Positions 1 to 10,831 of a stretch of DNA of 64,000 nucleotides are shown here, one piece after another. The notes beneath the pieces were generated by a model. The model made no database searches. It was given only the letters and a program-made list of their open reading frames with translations, and was not told the DNA's origin. The stretch's first letter is position 1. Each line of letters begins with the position of its first letter. Source of the DNA: Anaeromyxobacter sp. (GTDB taxonomy: Bacteria; Myxococcota; Myxococcia; Myxococcales; Anaeromyxobacteraceae); the NCBI GenBank assembly GCA_049840735.1, contig JASGJN010000026.1, forward strand, positions 96,001 through 160,000, given 5' to 3'. Position numbers and translations under genes: made by a program.

Positions 1-205
1 CGCCGTCGACGGAGACCGGGAAGGTCACCGCGCCACCCAGCGAGCCGGGGCGGAAGACGTAGACCAGCGCCTTGTCAGCGGGCGTGGTGAAGCTCTTGGC
101 CTCGAGGTCCTTGTCGGCCGGCGCCATCGGGACCGAGGCACAGCCGGTGAACAGCGCGACCGCGGCGAACAGGACGACCGCCCGGAGGCGGGAGATAGCG
201 TTCAT
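1..205 (-). CDS. Lipoprotein, DUF2846-like (3' end runs off the window)
   Basis: Own translation from ATG at 205: MNAISRLRAVVLFAAVALFTGCASVPMAPADKDLEAKSFTTPADKALVYVFRPGSLGGAVTFPVSVDG; lipobox FTGC and A-x-VYVFR motif; GGAG upstream. Confidence 0.65.
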   Translation of the reverse strand, partial: MNAISRLRAVVLFAAVALFTGCASVPMAPADKDLEAKSFTTPADKALVYVFRPGSLGGAVTFPVSVDG

Positions 206-392
206 GTGTGGTGCTCCCCGTGGATGGACAAGCGGCACGTCCCCTGGGCGTGCCTGACTGCACCGGAGAGGCTAGCACGCACGGGCGAGCGCCCGACCCC
301 CGCGGGGTGCGCTTCGGTGTCGCTAGGGAAAACGCGTAGTCCGCGCGCCGGGCGGAGGCTGGAAGCCGCCGAGAACCGGCGCTCCCGGGTGA

Positions 393-1556
<1,164 letters not shown>

Positions 1557-3635
1557 TCAGGGTGCGGGCGCCTGGGCCCGCGCCGGCTCGGCCCCGGCGC
1601 CGCCCAGGTACCCCCGGATCCAGCCCAGGACCTCGTCGTGGAACACCTTCGCGTTCCGGGGCTTCAGGATCCAGTGATTCTCGTCGGGGAACACCATCAG
1701 GCGGGAGGGAATGCCCCTGCGCTGCAGCGCGGTGTAGGTGGAGATGCCCTGCGTCACCGTCACGCGGAAGTCACGCTCGCCGTGGGTGACGAAGGTGGGG
1801 GTCTTCCAGCGCTCCACGAAGCGGTGCGGCGACCAGCGGGCGTAGGACTCCGGGTTCTGCCAGGGGGTCCCCTTCAGCTCCCACTCGGGGAACCAGAGCT
1901 CCTCGGTGTCGTAGTAGGCGGCCTCCAGGTGGAAGTCGCCGGCGTGGGCCACGAGGCACCGGAACCGGTCGGTGTGGCCGTTGATCCAGTTCACCATGTA
2001 GCCGCCGTAGCTGGCCCCCGCGGCGCACATGCGCTGGCCGTCGGCCACCCCCGCCGCGATGCCGGCGTCCGCCAGCCGCATGATGTCCTGGAAGGGCGTG
2101 CCGCCCCAGTCGTCACGCACTGCGTCGACGTAAGCCTGCCCCCAGCCGGTGGAGCCGCGGGGGTTGGGCAGGATCACCGCCCACCCCTGGGCGGCGTAGA
2201 GCTGCGGGTTCCAGCGGTAGCCCCAGCCGTCGTGCCAGGCGCCCTGCGGGCCGCCGTGGATGAGCACCACCGCTGGGTGGCGCTCGCCCTCCCGGTGGCC
2301 GGGCGGCAGGACCAGCCAGCCGTGGATGTCCTTCCCGTCCTCGCCCGTGGTCGTGAGCGCCCGGACCTCGCCCAGGGCGATGCCGGAGAGGGCCTTCTGG
2401 CCGAAGCTGGTCAGCGGCCGGGCCGCGAGCTCGCCGCCGGCCTTCTCCAGCCGCACCACCTCGGCGGGGGCGCGCATGGAGGAGGCCAGCGCCACCGCCA
2501 CCTTGCCGTCGGCGCTGGTGGAGAGGCCGTCCAGCTCCAGGCCGCGGGTCAGCCGCGCGATGGCGCCGCTGGCCACGTCGAGCTCGTAGAGCTCGCTCCG
2601 CCCGGCGGTCTCGGCCAGGAAGCGGAGCGCCTTGCCGCCGCGGGTCCAGTGCAGCTCGCTGGCGGAGAGGTCGAAGGCGGCCGTCAGGTCCTTCGCGCCG
2701 GAGCCGTCCACCGCCGCCAGCATCACCCGGTGGCGATCCGACTCGTACCCGGCGCGGGCCTGGGAGAGCCAGGCCAGCCGCTTGCCGTCCGGGCTCGGGC
2801 GCGGGGTGCCGTCCCAGCCCGCGCCGCTGGTGAGCTGGCGCAGCGGGCCGCCGGCCACCGGCACGGCGTAGAGGTCGGCGTTGGTGGAGGTGGCCTCGAC
2901 CGCGTCGGTCATGGCCGTCACGTAGAGCGTCCGGCCGTCGGGGCTGAAGGCCAGGTCGGCGCCGCCGCCGCGGTGGCCGGGGGGCACGTCGCGTTCACCC
3001 GGGGTGAGGTCCGTCGCCGGCTTGCCGTCCAGCGGCACCAGCAGCGCGTGGGCGCGCCCGCGGCCGCGCCACTCGTCCCAGTGGCGGAAGAGCAGGCCTG
3101 TGGCCAGGTGCGGCCGCTTCGCGGCCTCGTCCTGCGAGCGCTGGTTGCAGGCCGCGTCGGCCCCGCAGGCCGGATCCACCTCCGCGGTGACCAGGAGCGC
3201 GCGCCCGTCCGGCGCCCAGGCGATGGCGTCCACGCCGCCGGGGAGCCCGGTCACCCGGCGCGCCTCGCCGCCGGCCAGGTCGATCACCCAGGCCTGGCGC
3301 GAGCCGCTGCGTGCCGAGCCGAAGGCGAGCTGCCGGCCGTCGGGTGAGAAGACGGGGCCGGAGACGCGCTCTTCGCCGAAGGTGAGCTGCCGTGCGGGGC
3401 CGCCCGCGGAGGGCACCACGAAGAGCGACGAGAAGAGCCGCTCGCCGTCTTGCGACGCGCGGGCCACCGTGAACGCGACCAGCCGTCCATCCGGGGCAAG
3501 CGCCGGCTCGGCCACCCGCTCGATCGCCAGCAGATCGGTGATGCTCAGCGGGCGGGCTCCGGGCGGAGCGGCCTGCGCGGGTACGGCGGGAGCAGCGAGG
3601 AGGAGGGCCGAAGCGAGCGGGAGCCAGCAGGGCAT
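1557..3635 (-). CDS. Secreted S9 family (prolyl oligopeptidase/acylaminoacyl) peptidase
   Basis: Signal peptide MPCWLPLASALLLAAP; PD40-like FSPDG repeats; IHGGP, GASYGG nucleophile, D and H (DENHW). Start moved from 3959 to ATG 3635. Confidence 0.9.
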   Translation of the reverse strand: MPCWLPLASALLLAAPAVPAQAAPPGARPLSITDLLAIERVAEPALAPDGRLVAFTVARASQDGERLFSSLFVVPSAGGPARQLTFGEERVSGPVFSPDGRQLAFGSARSGSRQAWVIDLAGGEARRVTGLPGGVDAIAWAPDGRALLVTAEVDPACGADAACNQRSQDEAAKRPHLATGLLFRHWDEWRGRGRAHALLVPLDGKPATDLTPGERDVPPGHRGGGADLAFSPDGRTLYVTAMTDAVEATSTNADLYAVPVAGGPLRQLTSGAGWDGTPRPSPDGKRLAWLSQARAGYESDRHRVMLAAVDGSGAKDLTAAFDLSASELHWTRGGKALRFLAETAGRSELYELDVASGAIARLTRGLELDGLSTSADGKVAVALASSMRAPAEVVRLEKAGGELAARPLTSFGQKALSGIALGEVRALTTTGEDGKDIHGWLVLPPGHREGERHPAVVLIHGGPQGAWHDGWGYRWNPQLYAAQGWAVILPNPRGSTGWGQAYVDAVRDDWGGTPFQDIMRLADAGIAAGVADGQRMCAAGASYGGYMVNWINGHTDRFRCLVAHAGDFHLEAAYYDTEELWFPEWELKGTPWQNPESYARWSPHRFVERWKTPTFVTHGERDFRVTVTQGISTYTALQRRGIPSRLMVFPDENHWILKPRNAKVFHDEVLGWIRGYLGGAGAEPARAQAPAP

Positions 3636-3728
3636 GCGACGGACCTTGTACCACGCTCGCGGTTCTCGCCCATGGGGGCTACGTCGCCACTTTGCCGTGA
3701 GGTGAGAACCCAGTAACCTCGGTGATCC

Positions 3729-5558
3729 ATGGTTCCAGGGTCGAAGGTCAACTCCGGGGGCGGCGAGCCCTGCCCTCGGTGCGGCGCAGCGCCCGTCCCC
3801 GGCGCCAGCACCAACTTCTGCCCTGGCTGCGGCCTGGACCTCCGGCCGTCCGGGCGTGCGGGCCCTCCCTCGCTGCTGGGGCTGATCGTGGCCGATCGGT
3901 ACCGCCTCATCGGCCCGCTGGGCGAGGGCGGCATGGGCTCGGTCTACAAGGCCGAGCACATCCGCATGGGCAAGGCCCTGGCGGTGAAGATCCTGCGCGG
4001 CGACTTCGCCCGGGATCCCCAGGCGGTGGCGCGGTTCCGGGCCGAGGCGCAGCTGGTGTCTCGCCTCTCACATCCGCACACCATCGCCGTCTTCGACTTC
4101 GGCGAGATCGAGCGGCTGGGCGGCTTCTACCTGGCCATGGAGTACGTCCCGGGCCGGGACCTCGCCCACGCGCTCCGCTACGACGGCCCCTTCCACGAGA
4201 GCCGCGCCGCCCACCTGGCCGTCCAGGTGCTGGGCTCGCTGGCCGAGGCGCACGAGGCCGGCATCGTCCACCGGGACATGAAGCCCGGGAACCTGATGCT
4301 GATGCAGACGCGGCCGGGCGAGGACTTCGTGAAGGTCCTCGACTTCGGCATCGCCAAGCTGCGCGACGACGCCGGCGCCAGCACCACCAGCGTGGGCGCC
4401 ATCGTGGGCACGCCCAACTACCTCGCCCCGGAGCAGGCCCGCGGCGACGCGCTCGACGCCCGCGCCGACCTCTACGCGCTGGGCTGCGTCCTCTACGAGC
4501 TGATCTCCGGGCGGCCGCCCTTCGTGGCGGCCAACCCGCTGGCCATCGTCAGCGCGCACCTCAACGAGAAGCCGCAGCCGCTCACCGAGCTGGTGCCGGG
4601 GGTCTCGCGCCGCTTCGCCGAGCTGGTGCACCAGGCGCTGGAGAAGGATCCGGACCGGCGCTTCGCCTCGGCGGACGCCATGCGCGACGCCATCCTGGCG
4701 CTGGGCGAGCCGACCGAGTCCCGGCCGCTGCGGCGCCCCGAGGCGGCGCGCACCGGCGAGCTGGTCATCGCCAGCCGCGAGGACTTCGAGGCCTTCGAGC
4801 GGCAGCTGGTGCGCACCCGCCGGCGGCGCCGGCTGGTGCCGATCTGGCTCACGGCCGCGCTGCTGGTGGTGGGCGCGGTGGCCTGGCGCTGGGGCGACAT
4901 CTACGCCGCGCTGGCGGAGAAGGCGCCCGGGCTGGCCGCGGTGATCCCCGGCTCGCTCCGCCCGGCCGATCACTACGACGGCGAGGAGGCCGAGCCCAAC
5001 AACGCGCCGGCCCAGGCCAACCCGCTGCCCATCCCGCGCGGCCACGACGCCCGGCTGGCCGGGGGCGTGGCCCGCATCCGCGGCACGGTGGGCGCGCGGC
5101 TGGAACCCGACGCGGGCGACGTGGACGTCTTCAGGATCGTCGTGCCGGAGGCCGCCGGCGAGCGGATCCTGCTGGCCGACTGGTACTCCGACGCGATCCC
5201 GGGCCAGGGCATCCGCGGGCTGCGGGTGGTGCTGACGCTGCACAGCCCGGAGGCCACCCGGGCCGCCGGGACCGAGGCCATGGCCGCGCCGGTGATCGCG
5301 GCCTCCTCCGGCGCCGGCGTGGGCCTGCCGCAGCGGCTCCGCGCGCTGATCGAGCCGGGCACCTACTACCTCGCCGTGCGCGAGCAGCACGACCCGGCCA
5401 CCGGCGCGGTGGAGAAGCCGAGCGACCGGTATGTCGTGGCGGTGCGGCTGCTGCCGCCGGAGTACGACGCGCCGGCCACGCCGCTGCCACCGCTGCCCGC
5501 CCCGGAGCCGGTCCGTCCGGCGGCCAAGGGCGCGCCCAAGACGGCGAAGGGGCCGTAG
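3729..5558 (+). CDS. Membrane Hanks-type Ser/Thr protein kinase with N-terminal Zn ribbon and C-terminal extracytoplasmic domain
   Basis: CPRC/CPGC, GEGGMG, AVK, HRDMKPGN, DFG, APE; TM segment after RRRRR; EAEPNN...GDVDVF (PPC-like). Confidence 0.92.
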   Translation: MVPGSKVNSGGGEPCPRCGAAPVPGASTNFCPGCGLDLRPSGRAGPPSLLGLIVADRYRLIGPLGEGGMGSVYKAEHIRMGKALAVKILRGDFARDPQAVARFRAEAQLVSRLSHPHTIAVFDFGEIERLGGFYLAMEYVPGRDLAHALRYDGPFHESRAAHLAVQVLGSLAEAHEAGIVHRDMKPGNLMLMQTRPGEDFVKVLDFGIAKLRDDAGASTTSVGAIVGTPNYLAPEQARGDALDARADLYALGCVLYELISGRPPFVAANPLAIVSAHLNEKPQPLTELVPGVSRRFAELVHQALEKDPDRRFASADAMRDAILALGEPTESRPLRRPEAARTGELVIASREDFEAFERQLVRTRRRRRLVPIWLTAALLVVGAVAWRWGDIYAALAEKAPGLAAVIPGSLRPADHYDGEEAEPNNAPAQANPLPIPRGHDARLAGGVARIRGTVGARLEPDAGDVDVFRIVVPEAAGERILLADWYSDAIPGQGIRGLRVVLTLHSPEATRAAGTEAMAAPVIAASSGAGVGLPQRLRALIEPGTYYLAVREQHDPATGAVEKPSDRYVVAVRLLPPEYDAPATPLPPLPAPEPVRPAAKGAPKTAKGP

Positions 5559-6019
5559 GCGCGCCACGGTCCGGCGGCGCCCTTCGACTCCGCCGCGGCT
5601 TCGCGGCGGCTACGCTCAGGGCGAACGGTGGTCCACTCCGTTCGGGCTGAGGGTGGCGTGCCCGGGCGACCGTAGGCGCGCACAGTCCGGCGGCGGCCCT
5701 TCGACTCCGCCGCGGCTTCGCCGCGGCTACGCTCAGGGCGAACGGTGCTCCTCCGTTCGGGCTGAGGGTGGCGAGCCCGAGAGGCCTTAGGCGCGGGCGG
5801 TCCAGCGGCGCCCTTCGACTCCGCCGCGGCTTCGCCGCGGCTACGCTCAGGGCGAACGGTGGTCCTCCGTTCGGGCTGAGAGTGGCGAGCCCGGGCGACC
5901 GTAGGCGCGCACAGTCCGGCGGCGGCCCTTCGACTCCGCCGCGGCTACGCTCAGGGCGAACGTGTTCCTCCGTTCGGGCTGAGCGTAGCGAGCCCGCAGG
6001 GCTCGCGGAGTCGAAGCCC
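5552..6019. repeat. Tandem (BIME-like) array of REP-like elements: 4 direct units of ~115 bp plus one inverted copy
   Basis: CCTTCGACTCC starts at 5581, 5698, 5812, 5927 (periods 117/114/115) with similar linkers; inverted copy about 5970-6017. Confidence 0.9.
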
Positions 6020-6039
6020 AGGTCCCGAGCGAGCGCCGC

Positions 6040-6075
6040 AAATACAAAGGGCCGGCGCCTCTCGGCGCCGGCCCT
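6040..6075 (-). terminator. Intrinsic terminator of the rplY...rplI operon
   Basis: 12-bp perfect stem AGGGCCGGCGCC/GGCGCCGGCCCT with 4-nt loop, followed on the minus strand by a T-rich tail (TTGTATTT). Confidence 0.8.
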
Positions 6076-6110
6076 CGGATGCAGTCCAGGCCCGGAGGCC
6101 CGGTCAGGCG

Positions 6111-6570
6111 CTACGCCTGGGCCTCGGCCTCAGCCTCGACCTTCACCTTGGCCTTGCCGACGACGTCGGAGTGCAGCTTCACGGGCACCTCGAAGTCACC
6201 GGTGGACTTGATGGGGTCGGCCAGGTCGATTCGACCGGCGGTCGATTTGCAGGCCGCGGGCGGCCAGCGCCTCGGCGATGTCCAGCGCGGTCACCGAGCC
6301 GTACAGCTTGTCCTGCTCGCCGACCTTGCGCTTCAGGGTGACGGGCGTGTCGGACAGCCGCTTGGCGACGGCCTGCGCGCTGGCCTTCAGCTTGGCCGCC
6401 TTGGCAGCGGCGACGGCCTTCTGGTGCTCGAGCTCGCGAACGTTCTTCGGGTTCGCGACCACGGCCAGGCCGCGGGGGAGCAGGTAGTTGCGCCCGTAGC
6501 CGGGCTTCACGTCCACCAGCTCGCCGCCCTTCCCCAGGTTCTCGATGTCTTCACGGAGGATGAGCTTCAT
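6111..6570 (-). CDS. rplI: 50S ribosomal protein L9 (apparent +1 frameshift at ~6230, probably a sequencing error)
   Basis: [16 protein letters not shown]...GYGRNYL...KLYGSVT; removing one base restores [28 protein letters not shown] to the stop at 6111. Confidence 0.93.
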
Positions 6571-6582
6571 CGCGGCGCTCCT

Positions 6583-6981
6583 TTACATCTGCCCGACGGT
6601 GTAGGGCAGGATCGCGAGCATCCGGCCGCGCTTGATCGCCGTGGCGACCTCGCGCTGGTGCTTCGCGCAGTTCCCGCTGATCCGGCGCGGGATGATCTTG
6701 CCGCGCTCGGTCAGGAAGTACTTCATCTGCCCCTGATCCTTGTAGTCGACCTTCAGCGTCTTGTCGGCGCAGAACCGGCAGACCTTGCGCCGGCCGAAGC
6801 CGCGCCGCCCGCCCATCTCCTCGCCGCCGCCGTCACGGTCGCCCCGGTCGCCGCGGTCGCCGCCGCCACGGCCGCCGAAGCCGCCGCCGCCGCCACCACC
6901 GCCGCCGAAGCCGCCGCCGCGCGGCCCACCGCCGCCGAAGCCGCCACCCATCTTGGAACCGCCCATGTCAGGACGTGCCAT
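6583..6981 (-). CDS. rpsR: 30S ribosomal protein S18 with Gly-rich N-terminal extension
   Basis: RRKVCRFC...VDYKD...[20 protein letters not shown]. Confidence 0.96.
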   Translation of the reverse strand: MARPDMGGSKMGGGFGGGGPRGGGFGGGGGGGGGFGGRGGGDRGDRGDRDGGGEEMGGRRGFGRRKVCRFCADKTLKVDYKDQGQMKYFLTERGKIIPRRISGNCAKHQREVATAIKRGRMLAILPYTVGQM

Positions 6982-6984
6982 GGC

Positions 6985-7434
6985 TTACTCCACCCCCTCG
7001 GCCTGCTCGCCCTCGAAGGGCTCCTCGCCAGGCGCGAACTCGCCACGCTCCTCGCGCGGCTTGGGCTCATCCTCCACCGGCTGGATCTTCACGTCGGCCT
7101 CGACCTGGCGGGACTCGAAGTCCACGTCCTCGGCGAGCTTCACCGACTGGAACTTGGTCACGACGTCGAGCATCTTGAGGTTGCGCTCGAACTCGTGCAC
7201 CAGGCCCGGCTTGCCGACGTACAGGCAGTGCATGTAGAGGGCCTTCGCGTTCTTCGCGACGGGGAAGGCCGTCTTGCGCTTGCCCTGGTTGGTGAACCGG
7301 ATGACCTTCCCGCCCTCGCGGCTGACCACGCCGCGGAGGCGCTCCTTGATCTCCTCCACCTGATCCTCGGGCGTCTCCGCCTTGAGCAGGTAGATGGTCT
7401 CGTACTCGCGTACGAGGTTCTTCGCTTCAGCCAT
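6985..7434 (-). CDS. rpsF: 30S ribosomal protein S6
   Basis: REYETIYLLK...GGKV...GKRKTAFPV; acidic tail; synteny with rpsR-rplI. Confidence 0.93.
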   Translation of the reverse strand: MAEAKNLVREYETIYLLKAETPEDQVEEIKERLRGVVSREGGKVIRFTNQGKRKTAFPVAKNAKALYMHCLYVGKPGLVHEFERNLKMLDVVTKFQSVKLAEDVDFESRQVEADVKIQPVEDEPKPREERGEFAPGEEPFEGEQAEGVE

Positions 7435-7438
7435 GTCG

Positions 7439-7481
7439 CTCCCCTCGGGTTTCGTAGCGGCGGTTCACCCGCCGCGAGGAG
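7439..7481 (-). promoter_or_regulatory. Probable S6:S18 autoregulatory leader hairpin
   Basis: Minus strand CTCCTCG-CGGCGG-gtgaa-CCGCCG-ctacgaaaCCC-GAGGGGAG directly before the rpsF ATG: the outer stem sequesters the SD and a CC(R)-like motif precedes it, as in the known S6:S18 motif. Confidence 0.55.
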
Positions 7482-7517
7482 TCGTCACCGCCTGCCGGCA
7501 CCATGCCGGCGGGTCGG

Positions 7518-8105
7518 CTACTGCACGGTGTCCCCGGCGCGCGGGCGCCGGTTCACCTGGTTCATCGCCCTGGAGGCCCCCAGCTCGACGACGAGCCGGA
7601 CCGCCTCCGTGGCGCGCTCGACGCAGAGCTCCAGCTCGGCGTCGTCTGCCTTCGAGAACTTCCCGAGCACGTAGTCCGCCGGGTCCATCCGCGGCGGCGG
7701 CCGGCCCACGCCGATCCGCACCCGCGCATACTCCGGTCCGCCCACGTGCGCCTGGACGCTCTTCAAGCCGTTGTGGCCGCTGTGGCCGCCGCCGACCTTC
7801 AGCTGGATCCGGAACGGCTCCAGCTCGAGGTCGTCGTGGACCACCACCAGGTCCTCCAGCCCCACCTTCCAGAACCGCAGGGCGGCGCCGACGGCCTCGC
7901 CCGAGTGGTTCATGTACGTCTGGGGCTTCATGACCCAGACGCGCTCTGGCCCGAGGCGGGCCTCGGCCAGCTCCGCACCGAACTTGCCGGTGGCGAAGCT
8001 GGAGCGGGCGAGGGAGACGAGCCGGTCGGCGACCATGAAGCCGACGTTGTGGCGCGTCTTCGCGTACTCCTCGCCCGGGTTTCCGAGGCCGACCACGAGC
8101 TTCAA
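7518..8105 (-). CDS. pth: Peptidyl-tRNA hydrolase
   Basis: [32 protein letters not shown]. Confidence 0.97.
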   Translation of the reverse strand: MKLVVGLGNPGEEYAKTRHNVGFMVADRLVSLARSSFATGKFGAELAEARLGPERVWVMKPQTYMNHSGEAVGAALRFWKVGLEDLVVVHDDLELEPFRIQLKVGGGHSGHNGLKSVQAHVGGPEYARVRIGVGRPPPRMDPADYVLGKFSKADDAELELCVERATEAVRLVVELGASRAMNQVNRRPRAGDTVQ

Positions 8106-8114
8106 GCGGCGGCC

Positions 8115-8834
8115 TTACTTCTTGCCCTTGTCGCCACCCTTGGCGTCGCCGGCCTTGGCAGCGCCAGCGGCGGGAGCGGCAGCGCCCGCGGCCGGGGCCG
8201 CACCACCGGCGGCCGGAGCCGCGGCGGCACCCTCGGCAGGCGCGCCCGCGACGGCGGCCACCGGAGCGACCACCTCTTCCTTCTCGGGCACGGCGACGAA
8301 GGCGACCACGTAGTCGGCGACGTACTTGAACTTCACGCCCTCGGGCGCCTTCACCTCGCTGATGTGCAGCGAGTGGCCGATCTTGATGTTGGTGACGTCC
8401 ACCTCGATGACGGCCGGGATCTTGCCCGGGAGCGCCTCGACGGCGATGTCGTGCGCCGAGATCGAGAGGATGCCGCCCTCGGCGGTGCCGACGGCCTTGC
8501 CGGTGATGGAGACCGGGACGTTCACCTTCACCGGCTGGTCCATGCGGACCTCGAGGAAGTCCGCGTGCAGCAGCTTGCGGCTGACGGGATCGACCTCGTA
8601 CTCCTTGAACAGGACCGGCTTCTCGGTCCCGTCCACGCTCAGCTTGAGGAGCGTGTTGAACTTGTGCGGCGTCTCGATCGCCTTCAGCAGCTTGGCGGGG
8701 TCGACGGCGACGTGGGTGGGCTCGGTCTTGCCGCCGTACACGACGGCGGGGATGAGCCCCTTGGAACGGAGCCGGCGCGCGGGGCCCTTGCCCTTGCCCT
8801 CACGCTTCTCGGCGGAAAGAACGATCTCGGCCAT
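8115..8834 (-). CDS. rplY: 50S ribosomal protein L25/Ctc
   Basis: ARRLR..GLIPAVVYG, HADF, TL5-type C-terminal domain; upstream of pth. Confidence 0.95.
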   Translation of the reverse strand: MAEIVLSAEKREGKGKGPARRLRSKGLIPAVVYGGKTEPTHVAVDPAKLLKAIETPHKFNTLLKLSVDGTEKPVLFKEYEVDPVSRKLLHADFLEVRMDQPVKVNVPVSITGKAVGTAEGGILSISAHDIAVEALPGKIPAVIEVDVTNIKIGHSLHISEVKAPEGVKFKYVADYVVAFVAVPEKEEVVAPVAAVAGAPAEGAAAAPAAGGAAPAAGAAAPAAGAAKAGDAKGGDKGKK

Positions 8835-9058
8835 CTCATCCTCCCAGTGGACTCGCCGCTCTCTCGGAGCGTGCGAGGGGCCGTCGCGGAAAAGCGCTCG
8901 GGCCCTGGGTGTCTCGTCGGGGACCCCGCCAGAACACCTCGGGCGGGACCACAGGAACGCGCGTGATTACTTGAATTCCCGCAGGGCGTCAAGCCGTTCC
9001 AGCCGGCTTGGCGGGCCTTCCCGGGCGATCGGCCACAGGATCAGGGCTGGAGGCGCAC

Positions 9059-9244
9059 ATGCCCGACCTGACCCGCCCGGACGTCCCCTTCGACGATCAG
9101 GACCCTGACCAGCGCAAGGTGGTGGAGGATCAGGAGTCCTTCCCGGATCGTCCCCCGATCAGGGAGGGATCCCCCCTGGTCGATCCCGACCGGGCGCCTG
9201 GCAGCCCGGAGGGTGTACCGCCGGGGCCGGGATCGCCGCGGTAG
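9059..9244 (+). CDS. Small acidic/Pro-rich hypothetical protein (61 aa)
   Basis: GGAGG SD before ATG; GC3-rich codons; MPDLTRPDVPFDDQDPDQRKVVEDQESF. Confidence 0.5.
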   Translation: MPDLTRPDVPFDDQDPDQRKVVEDQESFPDRPPIREGSPLVDPDRAPGSPEGVPPGPGSPR

Positions 9245-9257
9245 CGGTCCCGTTCAT

Positions 9258-9399
9258 CCTTCGACTTCGGGCCCGGCATCGAGCGCAAGCGGGCCGAGAC
9301 CGGGCCCTACCCCAGGACGAACGGGTGGTAACCGGACGCCCTGAGTGCCCCCGTTCGCCCTGAGCGTAGCCGCGGCAAGGCCGCGGCGGAGTCGAAGGG
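9258..9399. repeat. Inverted pair of REP-like elements
   Basis: Diverged forward copy 9258-9324; reverse copy 9351-9399. Confidence 0.8.
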
Positions 9400-9439
9400 C
9401 AGGAGTCGAACGGGCAGGCCGAACGGCCCCTGCTCGCCA

Positions 9440-10405
9440 CTACACGAACAGCGAGCTGAGCGAGTCGGCCGAGTGGATGCGCCGCACGGCCTCGGCCAGC
9501 AGGGCCGCCACGGGCAGCGGCGTGATCTTGGGGCAGGCGGCCACGGTCGGCGTCGGGGCGATGGTGTTGGTGATCACCACCTCCTCGATCGGGCTCTTCA
9601 TGATCCGCTCGACGGCCGGGCCGGAGAGCACGCCGTGGGTGGCGTACGCGTAGACCTTGAGCGCGCCCTTGTCCATCAGCGCGTTGGCGGCCTGCGTGAG
9701 CGTCCCGGCGGTGTCGATCATGTCGTCCAGCAGGACGGCGATCTTGCCCTGGACCTCGCCGATCACGTTCATGATCTCGGCCACGTTGGGCTTGGTGCGC
9801 CGCTTGTCCACGATGCCGAGGGTGGCGCCGATGCGCTTGGAGTAGGCGCGGGCGCGCTCCACGCCGCCGGCGTCCGGCGAGACCACCACCACGTTCTGCG
9901 CGTCGCCGTCGAAGCGGCGGCGCATGTGCTCGAGCAGCACCGGCGCGGCGTAGAGGTGATCGAAGGGGATGTTGAAGAAGCCCTGGATCTGCCCGGCGTG
10001 CATGTCCATCGACACGACGCGGGTGGCGCCGGCGGCCTCCAGCAGGTCGGCCACCAGCTTGGCGGTGATGGGCACGCGGGGCGCGCTCTTCCGGTCCTGG
10101 CGGGCGTAGCCGTAGTAGGGCAGCACGGCGTTGATGGAGCCGGCCGACGCGCGCTTGAGCGCGTCGATCATGATCAGCAGCTCCATCAGGTTGACGTTGG
10201 CGTCGGGCGAGGTGGACTGGATGACGAACGTGTCCATCCCGCGGACGTTCTCGCCGATCTCGACCTGGATCTCGCCGTCGGAGAAGCGGCCGACCGTGGA
10301 GCGGGCCAGCGGGCGGCCCAGATCCGCGCAGATGGCCTCGGCCAACGCCCGGTTGGAGTTGCCAGAAAAGACCTTGTACTCCGGCCGGCCGCCGTTGAGT
10401 TCCAT
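9440..10405 (-). CDS. prs: Ribose-phosphate pyrophosphokinase
   Basis: [34 protein letters not shown]. Confidence 0.97.
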   Translation of the reverse strand: MELNGGRPEYKVFSGNSNRALAEAICADLGRPLARSTVGRFSDGEIQVEIGENVRGMDTFVIQSTSPDANVNLMELLIMIDALKRASAGSINAVLPYYGYARQDRKSAPRVPITAKLVADLLEAAGATRVVSMDMHAGQIQGFFNIPFDHLYAAPVLLEHMRRRFDGDAQNVVVVSPDAGGVERARAYSKRIGATLGIVDKRRTKPNVAEIMNVIGEVQGKIAVLLDDMIDTAGTLTQAANALMDKGALKVYAYATHGVLSGPAVERIMKSPIEEVVITNTIAPTPTVAACPKITPLPVAALLAEAVRRIHSADSLSSLFV

Positions 10406-10525
10406 CGCGCCCTCCGCTGGTGTCTTCGACTCGCGCCGGCGCCGCCAGCCGCCGCGAGGGCGCCCTTATACCGGACAGGTCCGACTGCGTCGACCTGCGT
10501 CGGAAAACCGCTCGGATCAGCGGAC

Positions 10526-10831
10526 TTAGTCGTCCGCCAGGTGCGCGTCGGTCCCGGTGGGCCTGGGGGAAGGGCCCTTCTTCACCTCCCGGTCGTACTC
10601 GGCCAGGATGGTCTTCTCCATGCGCTCCCGCGTCTCGGAGTTGAGCGGGTGGGCGATGTCCTTGAACGTCCCGTCCTTCCGCCGCTTCGCCGGCATGGCG
10701 ATGAAGAGGCCGCTGTTGCCGTGGATCACCTTCAGGTCCCGGATCACGAAGCAGTGGTCCAGGGTGATGGTGACGTAGGCCTTCAGCTTCTCCTCGCTGA
10801 CCGGGAAGACGCGGACCTCGGTGATCTCCAT
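10526..10831 (-). CDS. spoVG: SpoVG family regulator
   Basis: MEITEVRV...LKAY..IT...FVIRDLKVI.G..GLFIAMP...FKDIAHP. Confidence 0.93.
   Translation of the reverse strand: MEITEVRVFPVSEEKLKAYVTITLDHCFVIRDLKVIHGNSGLFIAMPAKRRKDGTFKDIAHPLNSETRERMEKTILAEYDREVKKGPSPRPTGTDAHLADD

Noticed and set aside
5552..6019. Possible CRISPR array
   Set aside because: The 'spacers' are similar to each other, the period is ~115 bp, the same repeat is dispersed across the window, and no cas genes are present.
6111..6570. rplI, hpt, buk, PKS and ACAD as pseudogenes or programmed frameshifts
   Set aside because: Each has a single 1-nt indel with no other decay and no slippery heptamer; sequencing error is more likely.
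10406..10525. tRNA-Gln, often found between ispE and prs
   Set aside because: No cloverleaf or T-loop (TTCGA) with CCA context could be built here.
10783..10831. 49-nt ispE/spoVG overlap as a sign of error or novelty
   Set aside because: Both proteins are complete; a short read-through tail is unremarkable in high-GC genomes.
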